NCBI GenBank assembly: GCA_012729595.1
Contig: JAAYCU010000208.1
Coordinates: 1 to 50,332 of the forward strand
Direction: 5' to 3'
Source: Phycisphaerales bacterium
GTDB lineage: Bacteria > Planctomycetota > Phycisphaerae > UBA1845 > PWPN01
Length of the DNA stretch: 50,332 nt
Shown here: positions 1 through 9,746 of the stretch, piece by piece
Layout of the letters: the number at the start of each line of letters is the position of its first letter
Numbering within the stretch: position 1 is the first letter of the stretch
The notes under the pieces: model-generated
Seen by the model: only the letters and a program-made list of their open reading frames with translations
What the model was told of the DNA's origin: nothing
Databases searched by the model: none
Position numbers and translations under genes: made by a program

Positions 1-1187
1 AGGAAGGATTCCTGTTCGACAACACGCCCGAGGCTGTCTTCACCGGCTGTCTTCTGCTATTTTTGGCGATGATGACCTTGGTAACGGTCAGCGCCCACCT
101 GGGCTTGCTCTGGGTCGCGGTCGAGGCTACGACCTTAAGCAGCGCACCTTTGATCTTCTACCATCGACATCACCGCTCCTTGGAGGCCACCTGGAAATAT
201 CTGCTGATCTGCTCGGTAGGTATTGCCTTGGCTCTGATGGGCAATTTCGCGCTGGCGGCCGGCTTCAGCGAAGGTACGGCTATTTCTCTTCATCTGGAAG
301 ATTTACTTACTCAGGCTTCGTCCCTGAATCCTCGCTGGTTGCAGGCGGCATTCATCCTCATGCTGGTAGGCTATGGCACAAAAATGGGACTGGCCCCTAT
401 GCATACCTGGTTACCTGATGCGCATAGCGAGGCCCCCTCGGTGGTTTCCGCCCTGTTGTCCGGGGCCCTGTTGAATTGCGCTTTCCTGGCGGTTCTACGA
501 ATACTTCAGGTTTGCGCCCATGCCGGATGCGCAGCGTTCGGCCAGGAATTGCTCCTCGGATTCGGACTCTTGTCAATTGCCCTGGCCACGATTTTCATCG
601 TCGGCCAACTGGATTACAAGCGTCTGTTGGCCTATTCCAGTGTCGAGCACGTAGGCATTCTGGCTCTGGGTGTCGGCTTGGGCGGAATCGGATCATTCGG
701 GGCCATGTTGCATGCGGTCAATCATTCGTTGACCAAAGCCATGCTGTTCCTGCTCTCAGGCAACATACTAGCAGTCTACCGGTCGAAAGCCTGCGGGGAC
801 GTGCGTGGTTTGGCCCGTCTGCTTCCGGCAACCGGCTTGTTCTGGATCGCCGGTCTGCTGGCAATCACCGGTTCGCCGCCGTTCGGCGTGTTTCTTAGTG
901 AATTTACGATTCTGAAAGCGGCTATCGATCAAGGGCATGCGTGGGTTGCGGTAGTGTTTCTTGTACTGCTTGCCATTATCTTCATAGCCATGTCGACGAG
1001 CTTCCTGTCCATGAGCCAAGGTGTCGCCCCCCCGGTGCTGGCCAATCGAACCGAAAGGGATACGGTATGGTCCATTCTGCCCCCCGCTGCCCTGGGGACA
1101 GCGGTCCTGGTTCTCGGAATCTATATCCCTCCCTTTGTCCGCGAACTTCTTGAAGAAGCGGCTCACCTGATGGAGGGCGGGTCATGA
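1..1187 (+). CDS. Antiporter-like polytopic membrane subunit of a group-4 hydrogenase/complex-I-type module (HyfF/HycC/NuoN family); 5' end lies off-window
   Basis: The reading frame is open from base 3, with no stop before the listed TTG at 63. The product is hydrophobic and multi-helix, with the family motif GYGTKMGLAPMHTWLPDAHSEAPS...SALLSG. The stop overlaps the next start (ATGA at 1184-1187). Confidence 0.8.
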   Translation, partial: EGFLFDNTPEAVFTGCLLLFLAMMTLVTVSAHLGLLWVAVEATTLSSAPLIFYHRHHRSLEATWKYLLICSVGIALALMGNFALAAGFSEGTAISLHLEDLLTQASSLNPRWLQAAFILMLVGYGTKMGLAPMHTWLPDAHSEAPSVVSALLSGALLNCAFLAVLRILQVCAHAGCAAFGQELLLGFGLLSIALATIFIVGQLDYKRLLAYSSVEHVGILALGVGLGGIGSFGAMLHAVNHSLTKAMLFLLSGNILAVYRSKACGDVRGLARLLPATGLFWIAGLLAITGSPPFGVFLSEFTILKAAIDQGHAWVAVVFLVLLAIIFIAMSTSFLSMSQGVAPPVLANRTERDTVWSILPPAALGTAVLVLGIYIPPFVRELLEEAAHLMEGGS

Positions 1188-2707
1188 GCAAAACCGGATT
1201 ACTCGCCATCTCCAATGGACAGGCCACGGACCTGGCCAACGTGCCCCTCCTGGACATCGCCACCTTCAGGACAACGGTCATAACCGAAGTATCGCATGGG
1301 TCTCGCTTGGCTGCCTTTTTCGGATATGCCGCAGATCCGGACAAAGTGGAACTGATGGCGGTTTGTGCCGACGGTCGCGAGGGAACCATCGGCTTGTGCC
1401 GCACCAAGGTCCACCAGGCCTATCCCGCCCTTACTACCGAATGTCCGGCTGCCCATTGGTTTGAACGCGAAATCGCCGAACAATGGGCGATACGCCCCGA
1501 GGGCCATCCCTGGCTGAAACCCATTCGTTTCCATTCCGCCTCCCGCCACGGCCACGATGCCTGGGGACGCCCGGAGAACTCGCCAATCGAACCGGCGGTT
1601 ACCGAATATTTTCAGATGGAAGGGGAAGGGATCCACGAAGTAGCCGTCGGCCCGGTGCACGCGGGGATCATCGAACCGGGACATTTTCGTTTTCAATGTC
1701 ATGGGGAGGACGTTTATCATCTGGAAATCTCCCTTGGTTATCAACATCGCGGCGTAGAGCAGGCAATGCTTGGTGGACCAGACAAACGTACAATCCACTA
1801 TCTGGAGACACTGGCCGGAGATACTACCGTGGGGCACACGCTGGCCTACACGCAATTGCTGGAAGCTTTGAACAACTGCCTCGTTCCCCCTCGCGCGCAG
1901 GTTTTGCGTGGCATTGCTCTCGAACTGGAGCGACTGGCGAATCATACCGGGGATCTGGGGGCACTGGCCGGCGATGTGGGCTATCTACCAACGGCCTCCT
2001 ATTGTGGACGCATCCGCGGCGACTTCCTAAACATGACCGCTTTGATCTGTGGCAACCGATTCGGCCGCAGGCTTATTCGGCTGGGTGGAACCGGTTTCGA
2101 TCTGGAAACTTCGCGTTGCACGGAATTACTCAAACGCCTGCATGACGCCCGGCAGGATGTCGAAGTCGCGATCGGGTTGCTCTGGAATACCCAGTCAGTC
2201 CTGGCCCGTTTCGAGGGCACCGGGACAATTTCAAAGAAAATATGCCATGATCTTGGCTTGGTGGGCGTGGCGGCCCGGGCTTGTGGCCTGGAGCAGGACG
2301 CTCGTCAAGAATTTCCGATCGGCATCTATCAATTTGCCCAAATCCCGGTCTCCTCCATGGATAGCGGAGATGTATTCGGCCGGGCCTACGTGCGCTGGCT
2401 CGAAATCCTACGCTCCCTGGAGTTTCTGATTCAGGAACTAAAAGCCATGCCGGACGGGCCGATCCAAGGGTGGCCCGGCTCACTGCCACCGGACAAAGTC
2501 GGTGTGTCCCTCGTGGAAGGCTGGCGCGGAGAGATATGTCACGTCGCGATCACCGATCAGACGGGACGTTTTGCGCGATACAAGGTTGTCGATCCATCTT
2601 TTCACAACTGGATGGGGCTGGCCATGGCTCTGCGCGGACAGCAGATTTCTGATTTTCCCCTGTGCAATAAAAGCTTCAACCTTTCTTATTGCGGGCACGA
2701 TTTGTAG
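1184..2707 (+). CDS. NuoC+NuoD/HycE-like 'large subunit' homologue of group-4 [NiFe] hydrogenases; canonical Ni-Fe cysteine ligands appear to be absent
   Basis: Motifs VGPVHAGIIEPGHFRF and LGYQHRGVE are typical of HycE/EchE/NuoD. An N-terminal extension of about 130 aa resembles NuoC. Translationally coupled to the upstream gene. Confidence 0.85.
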   Translation: MSKTGLLAISNGQATDLANVPLLDIATFRTTVITEVSHGSRLAAFFGYAADPDKVELMAVCADGREGTIGLCRTKVHQAYPALTTECPAAHWFEREIAEQWAIRPEGHPWLKPIRFHSASRHGHDAWGRPENSPIEPAVTEYFQMEGEGIHEVAVGPVHAGIIEPGHFRFQCHGEDVYHLEISLGYQHRGVEQAMLGGPDKRTIHYLETLAGDTTVGHTLAYTQLLEALNNCLVPPRAQVLRGIALELERLANHTGDLGALAGDVGYLPTASYCGRIRGDFLNMTALICGNRFGRRLIRLGGTGFDLETSRCTELLKRLHDARQDVEVAIGLLWNTQSVLARFEGTGTISKKICHDLGLVGVAARACGLEQDARQEFPIGIYQFAQIPVSSMDSGDVFGRAYVRWLEILRSLEFLIQELKAMPDGPIQGWPGSLPPDKVGVSLVEGWRGEICHVAITDQTGRFARYKVVDPSFHNWMGLAMALRGQQISDFPLCNKSFNLSYCGHDL

Positions 2708-2716
2708 GAGTCGGTC

Positions 2717-3517
2717 ATGTTCAACATATTGCTGGCGCGCAAACAACAGAAACATCGAACGATTCCATATCCTAAGGAAGAGCCTACGTTACCTGATCGC
2801 TTCAGGGGCCGACCGGTTCTCCAGCATTCAGCCTGTGTCCAGAACTGTGCCTCCTGCATAGACGCATGTCCAACGAACGCTCTTAATATCCATGATGAAA
2901 CTCTGCATTTGGATATGGGCCGTTGTCTTTTCTGCGGAGCCTGCGAGGAAGTCTGTCCGCAAAAGGCTATTAACTTCACCAACGACTATCGCTTGGCCAC
3001 CCGTCAGCGAGAGGATTTAATATTAAGCCGCGAAGCACTACCTTTGGCCGTGGCATTGGAGAAACGAATACTCCGCTTGTTCGGCCGATCGCTACGTTTG
3101 AGACAGGTCAGTGCGGGGGGATGCAACGCTTGCGAAGCTGATTTGAACGTACTATCGACGGTGGTGTTCGATATCGGCCGATTCGGGATTCAGTTCGTAG
3201 CTTCGCCCCGCCACGCCGACGGAATCGTGCTCACCGGGCCGCTAACTCAGAATATGCTGACCGCATTCATGAAAACCTATGAGGCGATAGCCACTCCTAA
3301 GCTGGTCATAGCCGTAGGGGCCTGTGCCATATCCGGCGGACCATATATAAATCACCCGCAAACCAATAACGGCCTAAGCGGGTTTCCTAATGTGGATCTC
3401 TTTATTCCAGGATGTCCGCCGCATCCGCTGACCATTCTTGATGGTTTTCTTCGGCTTCTTGGCCAACTGGACACCCAACAAAATCATCCCTCCTCGAACA
3501 ACGGCGTGGACAAATAG
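2717..3517 (+). CDS. Fusion of a 2x[4Fe-4S] ferredoxin (HycF/HyfH/NuoI-like) and a NuoB/HycG/HyfI-like small subunit
   Basis: N-terminal half carries [13 protein letters not shown] and [13 protein letters not shown]-terminal half carries [17 protein letters not shown] and IPGCPPHP (NuoB-type cluster ligands). A GGAG lies 8 nt upstream of the ATG. Confidence 0.85.
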   Translation: MFNILLARKQQKHRTIPYPKEEPTLPDRFRGRPVLQHSACVQNCASCIDACPTNALNIHDETLHLDMGRCLFCGACEEVCPQKAINFTNDYRLATRQREDLILSREALPLAVALEKRILRLFGRSLRLRQVSAGGCNACEADLNVLSTVVFDIGRFGIQFVASPRHADGIVLTGPLTQNMLTAFMKTYEAIATPKLVIAVGACAISGGPYINHPQTNNGLSGFPNVDLFIPGCPPHPLTILDGFLRLLGQLDTQQNHPSSNNGVDK

Positions 3518-4431
3518 CGTTCACCCGAGCTGGCCAGAATAACGACAATCATTTTGCCCTCATTTTCCGGTCGCCGGGCCACCTGTGCGGCCGCGTATAG
3601 TGCCGCCCCAGAGGAAATACCGCATAAAATACCTTCCTCCTTGGCCGCCCGCCGAGCCCAGTCGAAAGCATCCTCGCTTGTCACCTGAATCACATCATCG
3701 ATGACATTCATATGCAGCACCTCGGGAATAAATCCCGCCCCGATACCCTGGATTTTGTGCGGACCTGGCAGCAAAGCCTCACCAGCCCTGGCCTGCGTCA
3801 AGACCGGCGAATCCAACGGCTCGACGGCGATACACTGGAACGAAGTTTTGTATTTTTTCAGCGTTTCGCCGATGCCGGTAATCGTTCCCCCGGTCCCCAC
3901 GCCGGCCACCAGAATGTCGGCCTGGCCATCCGTATCCCGCCAGATTTCTTCGGCCGTAGTACACCGATGAATATCAGGATTGGCCTGGTTCGTGAATTGC
4001 TGGAGCATTACCGCGTTCGGTATTTCTTTGACCAGTCGCTCGGCCTTGGCGATCGCACCTTTCATCCCGTCGGCCGCCGAGGTCAGCACCAGTTCCGCCC
4101 CCAAGGCTCGCAACAGGCTGCGTCGCTCGGCTGACATGCTCTCGGGCATGGTCAGAATTAGCCGATATCCCCGGGAAGCACAGACAAACGCCAGGGCAAT
4201 ACCCGTATTACCCGAGGTTGGCTCGACCAGTGTCGTATGGGCATCGATAACACCGGCCGCCTCGCCAGCCTCTATCATGGCCACTCCAATACGATCCTTG
4301 ACGCTGGATAGCGGGTTGAAAAACTCAAGTTTCGCATAGACTAAGGCCGGGACTTTGATCAGCTTATTGATCCGAACCAGGGGGGTGTGGCCGACAGTCT
4401 TGGTAATATCCTCAAAAAGACGACTCATCAT
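3484..4431 (-). CDS. cysK: Cysteine synthase A (O-acetylserine sulfhydrylase)
   Basis: Full-length match by eye to the CysK pattern: [44 protein letters not shown]. The 3' end overlaps the convergent upstream gene by 34 nt. Confidence 0.95.
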   Translation of the reverse strand: MMSRLFEDITKTVGHTPLVRINKLIKVPALVYAKLEFFNPLSSVKDRIGVAMIEAGEAAGVIDAHTTLVEPTSGNTGIALAFVCASRGYRLILTMPESMSAERRSLLRALGAELVLTSAADGMKGAIAKAERLVKEIPNAVMLQQFTNQANPDIHRCTTAEEIWRDTDGQADILVAGVGTGGTITGIGETLKKYKTSFQCIAVEPLDSPVLTQARAGEALLPGPHKIQGIGAGFIPEVLHMNVIDDVIQVTSEDAFDWARRAAKEEGILCGISSGAALYAAAQVARRPENEGKMIVVILASSGERYLSTPLFEEG

Positions 4432-4659
4432 TTTTCTCCAACAACAAGGGCCGCCATTATAATCACAGGACCAATTTCACCCGAAAAAACATCCAAATTC
4501 CTTATCAGCCATACCTTCCCTTGTACGAGGCCATCGGGCGTCAAGTATAATCAATCACCGAATCCAGCACTACAAATACGCTTGATTCTATAATATATGA
4601 AATCCTTTCACCCTACAGGATTATATATACTATGCAAATATCGCTCATTCGTAATAGTG

Positions 4660-4688
4660 TTGCTTGGTGCGTCAAATTGTTGTACGAT
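4660..4688 (+). promoter_or_regulatory. Candidate sigma70-type promoter for the MarR gene (TTGCTT-17-TACGAT)
   Basis: -35/-10-like hexamers with a 17-nt spacer, in the AT-rich divergent cysK/marR intergenic region. Confidence 0.3.
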
Positions 4689-4737
4689 ATATTTGCAGAG
4701 TATAAGCCTTTATGGATAGTACGTTCATTTCAGGCCT

Positions 4738-5247
4738 TTGCGGCCGGATAAAAAGGACCGTCTCGTGCCAACCCTTCAGCTAGCTCAACAACTCAAACAG
4801 TTTGCCGAGGAAGTATTGGAAGTGTCCAAGGATTTCTGGGTAATCCAAAGCCAATCCAAGGGCAAGAAGCAGCCGGAAATTACCGAAACCGAGTTCCTTA
4901 CCTTGGACGTATTGACCCGCCAATGCCCACAATCCGTAGGCGATATTCAGCGTTATATCGGGGTATTACCCGCTCAAATGTCGCGAATAGTTCGCTCTCT
5001 GGAGAACAAAGGCGAAGAGCCACTCATACAGTGCAAGATAAACCCACAAGATAAGAGGAAAATTAACGTAGAGCTGACCGACGCCGGTCGAAAGATGCAT
5101 CAAGTCTACCGGGAAATCAAGCTTGGCAACATCGAGAAAATGCTCGCGGCAATGAGTGAGAAAGATCGTAACGAACTCATGCGCATACTGCGAGGTATAC
5201 GCGAATCATTTCGTAAGTCATTACCAAAGAACGCTTTATCTCAATAA
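4738..5247 (+). CDS. MarR-family transcriptional regulator
   Basis: Winged-helix region FLTLDVLTRQCPQSVGDIQRYIGVLPAQMSRIVRSLENKG...DKRKINVELTDAGRK. The start is uncertain: TTG at 4738, or GTG at 4765 preceded by AAAGGA. Confidence 0.85.
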   Translation: MRPDKKDRLVPTLQLAQQLKQFAEEVLEVSKDFWVIQSQSKGKKQPEITETEFLTLDVLTRQCPQSVGDIQRYIGVLPAQMSRIVRSLENKGEEPLIQCKINPQDKRKINVELTDAGRKMHQVYREIKLGNIEKMLAAMSEKDRNELMRILRGIRESFRKSLPKNALSQ

Positions 5248-5376
5248 ACGAGATCGCTCCAAAAATATTATCCATAAGCTAACTTTTTCCCTGTCGGTAT
5301 TGTCTAGAATCATGAAGCGTTCAGGAACAGAATCGTCAAACCGAACGCATGGGACAAACGTATAAGGAGCAGTGCC

Positions 5377-5703
5377 ATGAAAGCTTCTAACAAACAAATG
5401 ACTGTATGTGGCGTAGTTCTTGCGGGGTTGTTTTTTGGGGCCTTGGCGGATAGGGCGGAGGCACAGTACTTTTTCGCGCCGGCACCGGTAGTCTACCGGG
5501 CTCCGGTTTACGTGGCCCCGGCTCCTGTCTACGTGTCCCCCCCACCGGTTTATTATGCCCAGCCGGTATATGTGGCCCCCCAGCCGGTAGGTTACTACCC
5601 GCGGAGCTTTGGTTTTAATTTTGCTTATGCTTCCTCCGGCAGATATCGTAATTGGTACAGGCCCAGCCGAGGCTTTGCCTTCTCATTCGGCCACGGCCGT
5701 TGA
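5377..5703 (+). CDS. Small secreted protein with a Pro/Val/Tyr-rich repeat region; function unknown
   Basis: AAGGAG lies 7-8 nt upstream of the ATG. The N-terminus is a signal peptide ending in AEA. Iterated (A/P)P(V/P)VY(V) units follow. A strong terminator lies directly downstream. Confidence 0.6.
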   Translation: MKASNKQMTVCGVVLAGLFFGALADRAEAQYFFAPAPVVYRAPVYVAPAPVYVSPPPVYYAQPVYVAPQPVGYYPRSFGFNFAYASSGRYRNWYRPSRGFAFSFGHGR

Positions 5704-5754
5704 AACCGAGTCTCGGAAATCATAAAAGTTTTGTAGGCGGTGGAGTCTACGCGG

Positions 5755-5790
5755 CACCAAGCCGGGCGCGGCGCCCGGCTTGGTTATTTT
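5755..5790 (+). terminator. Rho-independent terminator after the small secreted-protein gene
   Basis: 12-bp GC-rich stem (5755-5766 / 5772-5783), 5-nt loop, then TATTTTT. Confidence 0.7.
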
Positions 5791-5842
5791 TACAGATATG
5801 CTCAATGCCAAACCACAGGTAACACACCCTCCCCCGAAACAC

Positions 5843-7702
5843 TCATTCAACCGGGGTACCCCGCAAAGCACAGGCAGCGATCCGGGGGCCCGGGGCTTCG
5901 GGGGTGCCGGGGAGAGCGTGACTGGCTAAGGATCCGTTGGCTCCCCGCATGGGAATCCGGCTGATAGGCGGAGCAGTCTGACGCTCAACTTTTCCGAACA
6001 TCAGGCGTAAGGCCCAGCCAAAGGTCCGCCGGACGGTACAGGCCAAACCCAACATGCCCACACACTGCATCACCGAATCCAGCAGATACATTCGACTTAC
6101 AGGCTTAACCAACGAAATTGCGAATCGCACAGGATTATAAAAATACAGATAGGCCGCCATGATATTGAACTGCTTACGCCAGGGTTTTTTATGATTGGTA
6201 GCCACGACATAGTTGCCGTCGAGCATATGCGTCTCGACCCGTTTTCCGCCGACCCGGGCATAGACCATGCCGGAGTTATAGGTTTCCTCGTACGACTTTG
6301 ACCCGGTCGCCGGCGTAATCATCAGTACCTGCAAACTGGCTGCCCCGGCTTTGCGCAACATTTTGACCTGATTAATCAATCCCAAAGGGCGACCCGGCGT
6401 ATATAAAGGTTGCGTATCGTGATGCATCATCATAGGCATCGGCGATATACCGCGTTCGCGCAGCATGCGGAAAGCTTCAATGGTCTTATCCACGGTCTGG
6501 CCCTTCTTGACCAGCGCACCGGTCATATCCTCGACGCCCAACCATAGCGTACGAATCCCCGCCTTACGCACGAGAGCCAAGTGTTCCTTCATTTTCAGAG
6601 CATCGTGCACCGTCACCTCTGTACCCCAGCGAAAATGATGGCGACACTCCGTTCCTTCAACTCTGACCCGGGCAAGTTTCTCCATGATGTCGAGCGTACG
6701 TTCCTGTTCGTTGAAGAAATTGTCATCCGCACCGAAGAAATACCTGATTCCATACTCGCGGTAAAGCCGCAGCATTTCGTCGGCAATACGCTCGCCGCTC
6801 TTGACGCGGTATTGACGCTGGTTATACGCGGGGATAGGGCAATAGGGACAACCGAATTTACATCCGAACGTCAGAACCAGGGAACCGATTGGGCTATGCT
6901 TACGCACCCGGCCGATGGAAAGCGCCTGCGAGGCAAGAGTCGGCAGGCGGCTGGGCGGTTCAAGGAGGCTATAGCCCGGAACAGGATGGGGCAACTCGTC
7001 CAGGTCGCCGAGCAGGCGTTGTATCCCAGTATCGACCAGCTCCTCTGCCACGCCCTCGCGTTCTCCACGGGCATAAACCAGCCCGGGGATTTCATCGAGC
7101 ATACCGCTGTTACGGGCCCTAATAAAAGTCTGTCGCAACGGCTCGGAGCCAGCCCGGATCGAGAGCAACAATTCGAGCAAACTCAACAGGATATACTCTT
7201 CGCCGGTGACGGCCACATCCGCAGCCCAGGGATCATGCGGATCGGCACTGAAAACGTCCCATGGTTCGTAAATGGTCTTCGGCCCGCCGGCGATTATCAG
7301 CGGCCGATGGGCCGGATCAATCCGACAGGCATCGCGGATCAGGGCTCGGCATTGCTCCGAATGGATCTGCATGCTCGAAACCATGAATAAATCCGGGATA
7401 CGACCATCCAAACGCATCCGGCTTGGTCGAAAATTGCGATTCCATTGCTGTAGAACGATACGGGTCTTGCTGAACCCCGCATCGAACATAGCGGCCCCCA
7501 CGGCTCGAACGCCGGCCGGCACCATGCGCATATCTGCGAAGATGAATGGCAGCATCCGCGTACGATGATCAAACGCGCAGGCGATTACGGTAGACAGATC
7601 ATGTTTGCAGGCAATGTTGCGCAGACGCTTGCGAACACCGAGCAATTCGCCCGGCCGCAAAAGTTCATCGCCTCGTTCACGGCGTGCCAATTCCATATAC
7701 AC
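5843..7702 (-). CDS. B12-binding-domain radical SAM enzyme (class B rSAM); substrate unknown
   Basis: CxxxCxxC motif in FGCKFGCPYCPIP. The N-terminal region resembles a B12-binding Rossmann-like domain. Possible starts are GTG at 7702 or ATG at 7696. Confidence 0.85.
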   Translation of the reverse strand: MYMELARRERGDELLRPGELLGVRKRLRNIACKHDLSTVIACAFDHRTRMLPFIFADMRMVPAGVRAVGAAMFDAGFSKTRIVLQQWNRNFRPSRMRLDGRIPDLFMVSSMQIHSEQCRALIRDACRIDPAHRPLIIAGGPKTIYEPWDVFSADPHDPWAADVAVTGEEYILLSLLELLLSIRAGSEPLRQTFIRARNSGMLDEIPGLVYARGEREGVAEELVDTGIQRLLGDLDELPHPVPGYSLLEPPSRLPTLASQALSIGRVRKHSPIGSLVLTFGCKFGCPYCPIPAYNQRQYRVKSGERIADEMLRLYREYGIRYFFGADDNFFNEQERTLDIMEKLARVRVEGTECRHHFRWGTEVTVHDALKMKEHLALVRKAGIRTLWLGVEDMTGALVKKGQTVDKTIEAFRMLRERGISPMPMMMHHDTQPLYTPGRPLGLINQVKMLRKAGAASLQVLMITPATGSKSYEETYNSGMVYARVGGKRVETHMLDGNYVVATNHKKPWRKQFNIMAAYLYFYNPVRFAISLVKPVSRMYLLDSVMQCVGMLGLACTVRRTFGWALRLMFGKVERQTAPPISRIPMRGANGSLASHALPGTPEAPGPRIAACALRGTPVE

Positions 7703-7879
7703 GAAAATCCAAAAAGGTTAACCAGCGGCTGACGTCCACCCGCCATCCATATTAGCCCGGCATACGTGGGTGTCAAATCCGCCCCCCATCGGCCAACACG
7801 AGTTCGACATGATGCGCGGCCTTGCGGATCGACAGCAAGCAGAAATCCTCAACACGGACAAAGGCAGGATCAGGCTCTA

Positions 7880-8260
7880 CTATGGGCTCTCGGAGCCACC
7901 GGGGAAAAACAGATCGTCCTCGCCAAGAGTTGGAATGCCAATTACCAGAACGCGCATCCGCCCTTTCGCTCCATGCACGACGCCGGGCGGGATATGCACC
8001 ATGCTGCCCTGGCGGATGGCGTGTTCCACGCCGTCCAGGACAATCGTGCCTTCGCCCTCGAGAATATAATAGATTTCCGTTCCTTGCCGGTGATAATGGG
8101 GTTTGGCGTCGCCTATATCCACCATGTGAGCCCAGGCAGCCACGCCCTTAACCGCATCCTCGCGACTAATCAGCCGATAACGCCATCCGCACGTACTCTG
8201 TTCCCGCAGCGCCTCATCCTCGTGGCGCACAACAACGGCCTTTGAGGCAGATTCGTCCAT
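7880..8260 (-). CDS. Cupin-domain protein
   Basis: Cupin motifs HYHRQGTEIYYILEGEG and HIPPGVVHGA. Confidence 0.8.
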   Translation of the reverse strand: MDESASKAVVVRHEDEALREQSTCGWRYRLISREDAVKGVAAWAHMVDIGDAKPHYHRQGTEIYYILEGEGTIVLDGVEHAIRQGSMVHIPPGVVHGAKGRMRVLVIGIPTLGEDDLFFPGGSESP

Positions 8261-8351
8261 CGCCGCTCTCCACCGACCGACACCATCGCTTCCCGGGCGA
8301 ACATACGCTTATCAACGAAAGAATACTGAAGGTGAAAGCATATACCGCCGA

Positions 8352-9359
8352 TTACCGTTGACCGGCCTCCTGCTCCCTCAGCCAGGCCATGGTTTTCTTG
8401 ACCCCTTCCTGATAGGAAACGGTGGATTTCCAACCAAGTTCACGACGAGCCTTCTCTGCGCTGAAATAACACCGTCGCCCCATCAGCCATACGGCGTAAC
8501 GGGTAACCATCGGTGGCTTCTTGGTCCGGAACAGATGCCCGAAACATTCCATCAGAAACGCCGCGTTATATGCCACCTTGTAAGGCACGTGCCTGGCCAC
8601 CGGAGGAGCGCCAAGCTCGGCCGCCAGCAGGTTCATCCATTCTTTCTGACGCATCTCGCCATCGTTACAACAGTTGTAGGCTTGCCCGAGGGCTTTGGGG
8701 GAGTCAACCGCCAGGATTGTCGCCTCGGCCACGTTGCCGGCGTAAACCACATTAAGCCGGTTCATTCCATCACCGAGAATCTTGCACTTACCAGCACGCA
8801 ACATGCGGGCCAACCTGAAAATCGTTGCCCGGTCTCGCGGGCCGTACAACCAGCTCGGCCTGATCACCGTTAACGGAAGCCTCCCCGCCTTGTGCATAGC
8901 CCACAAAGCATGCTCTGCCTGCACCTTGGCCCGGCTGTAATAGCTCCAGTGATGTAGATTCTCGCCCAGCGGCGCCGTTTCATCGAGCACCAGTCCCTCG
9001 CCATCCGGATGCCCATAAGCGCTGATCGAGCTGATGTGCAGGAAACGCGAGCAACCGGCCTCGGCCGCGGCCTCGGACAGATTGCGCGTACCGTCGATCG
9101 TAATACGGACAAAATCCGGCCACGGCCCCCAGTCGCCTACCCGCGCCGCACTGTGATAAACCGTCTGCACCCCAGAGCAGGCCGAGACCAGCGAGGCCCG
9201 GTCAGTAATATCCCCTTCGGCGAATTCGACACCCTGCGTTTGCAGCCAGCTCGTATCGCTGCCCGCCCGTACCAGCACCCGAACCGGGCGATTACGCAGG
9301 CGAAGCTGTTCCACGATATGACTGCCCAACAGACCTGAGGCACCCGTTACCAGATTCAT
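8352..9359 (-). CDS. NAD-dependent epimerase/dehydratase (extended SDR; HpnA/dihydroflavonol-reductase-like)
   Basis: N-terminal VTGASGLLGSHIV Rossmann motif, a YSRAK catalytic YxxxK, and a length of about 335 aa. Confidence 0.9.
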   Translation of the reverse strand: MNLVTGASGLLGSHIVEQLRLRNRPVRVLVRAGSDTSWLQTQGVEFAEGDITDRASLVSACSGVQTVYHSAARVGDWGPWPDFVRITIDGTRNLSEAAAEAGCSRFLHISSISAYGHPDGEGLVLDETAPLGENLHHWSYYSRAKVQAEHALWAMHKAGRLPLTVIRPSWLYGPRDRATIFRLARMLRAGKCKILGDGMNRLNVVYAGNVAEATILAVDSPKALGQAYNCCNDGEMRQKEWMNLLAAELGAPPVARHVPYKVAYNAAFLMECFGHLFRTKKPPMVTRYAVWLMGRRCYFSAEKARRELGWKSTVSYQEGVKKTMAWLREQEAGQR

Positions 9360-9746
9360 TGCAACTCCTTACACAAGCATTACCAGCAAGTAACATAAGA
9401 ACAACTGGGTAGATGCGTCAAGACTATCAGGGCCCGAGCCCGCTTACAGGCATAGGCGGGCCAACGGAGGTACTCTGCTCGCTACCGATCGCAAATAACA
9501 AGTTGGGAGACGATTCAATCATCCCGGGCTCCGCCAGCCGTGGGACGGACATGGAAAGCCTCTGGAAAGCGCTGGCAGTCCTTGATCGTCCATTATCACC
9601 TTAAAACCAATTTGAAAGGTTGCGCCCGACACGATATGCGCCAGGGCTGTTTTCTCTCTGGTCACCACCGCATCTTCGCCCCTTTCCATTAACCGTCTCG
9701 GGGAAGTCGTTGCCGAGTTTGCGCTGTCTTGGTTATATTAGCGGCC

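Noticed and set aside
3484-3517. A 34-nt convergent overlap of cysK with the hydrogenase-like small-subunit gene, considered as a possible antisense regulatory feature. A similar 13-nt overlap occurs at 44429-44441.
   Set aside because: Short convergent 3' overlaps are common in compact genomes. Nothing in the sequence indicates a dedicated function.
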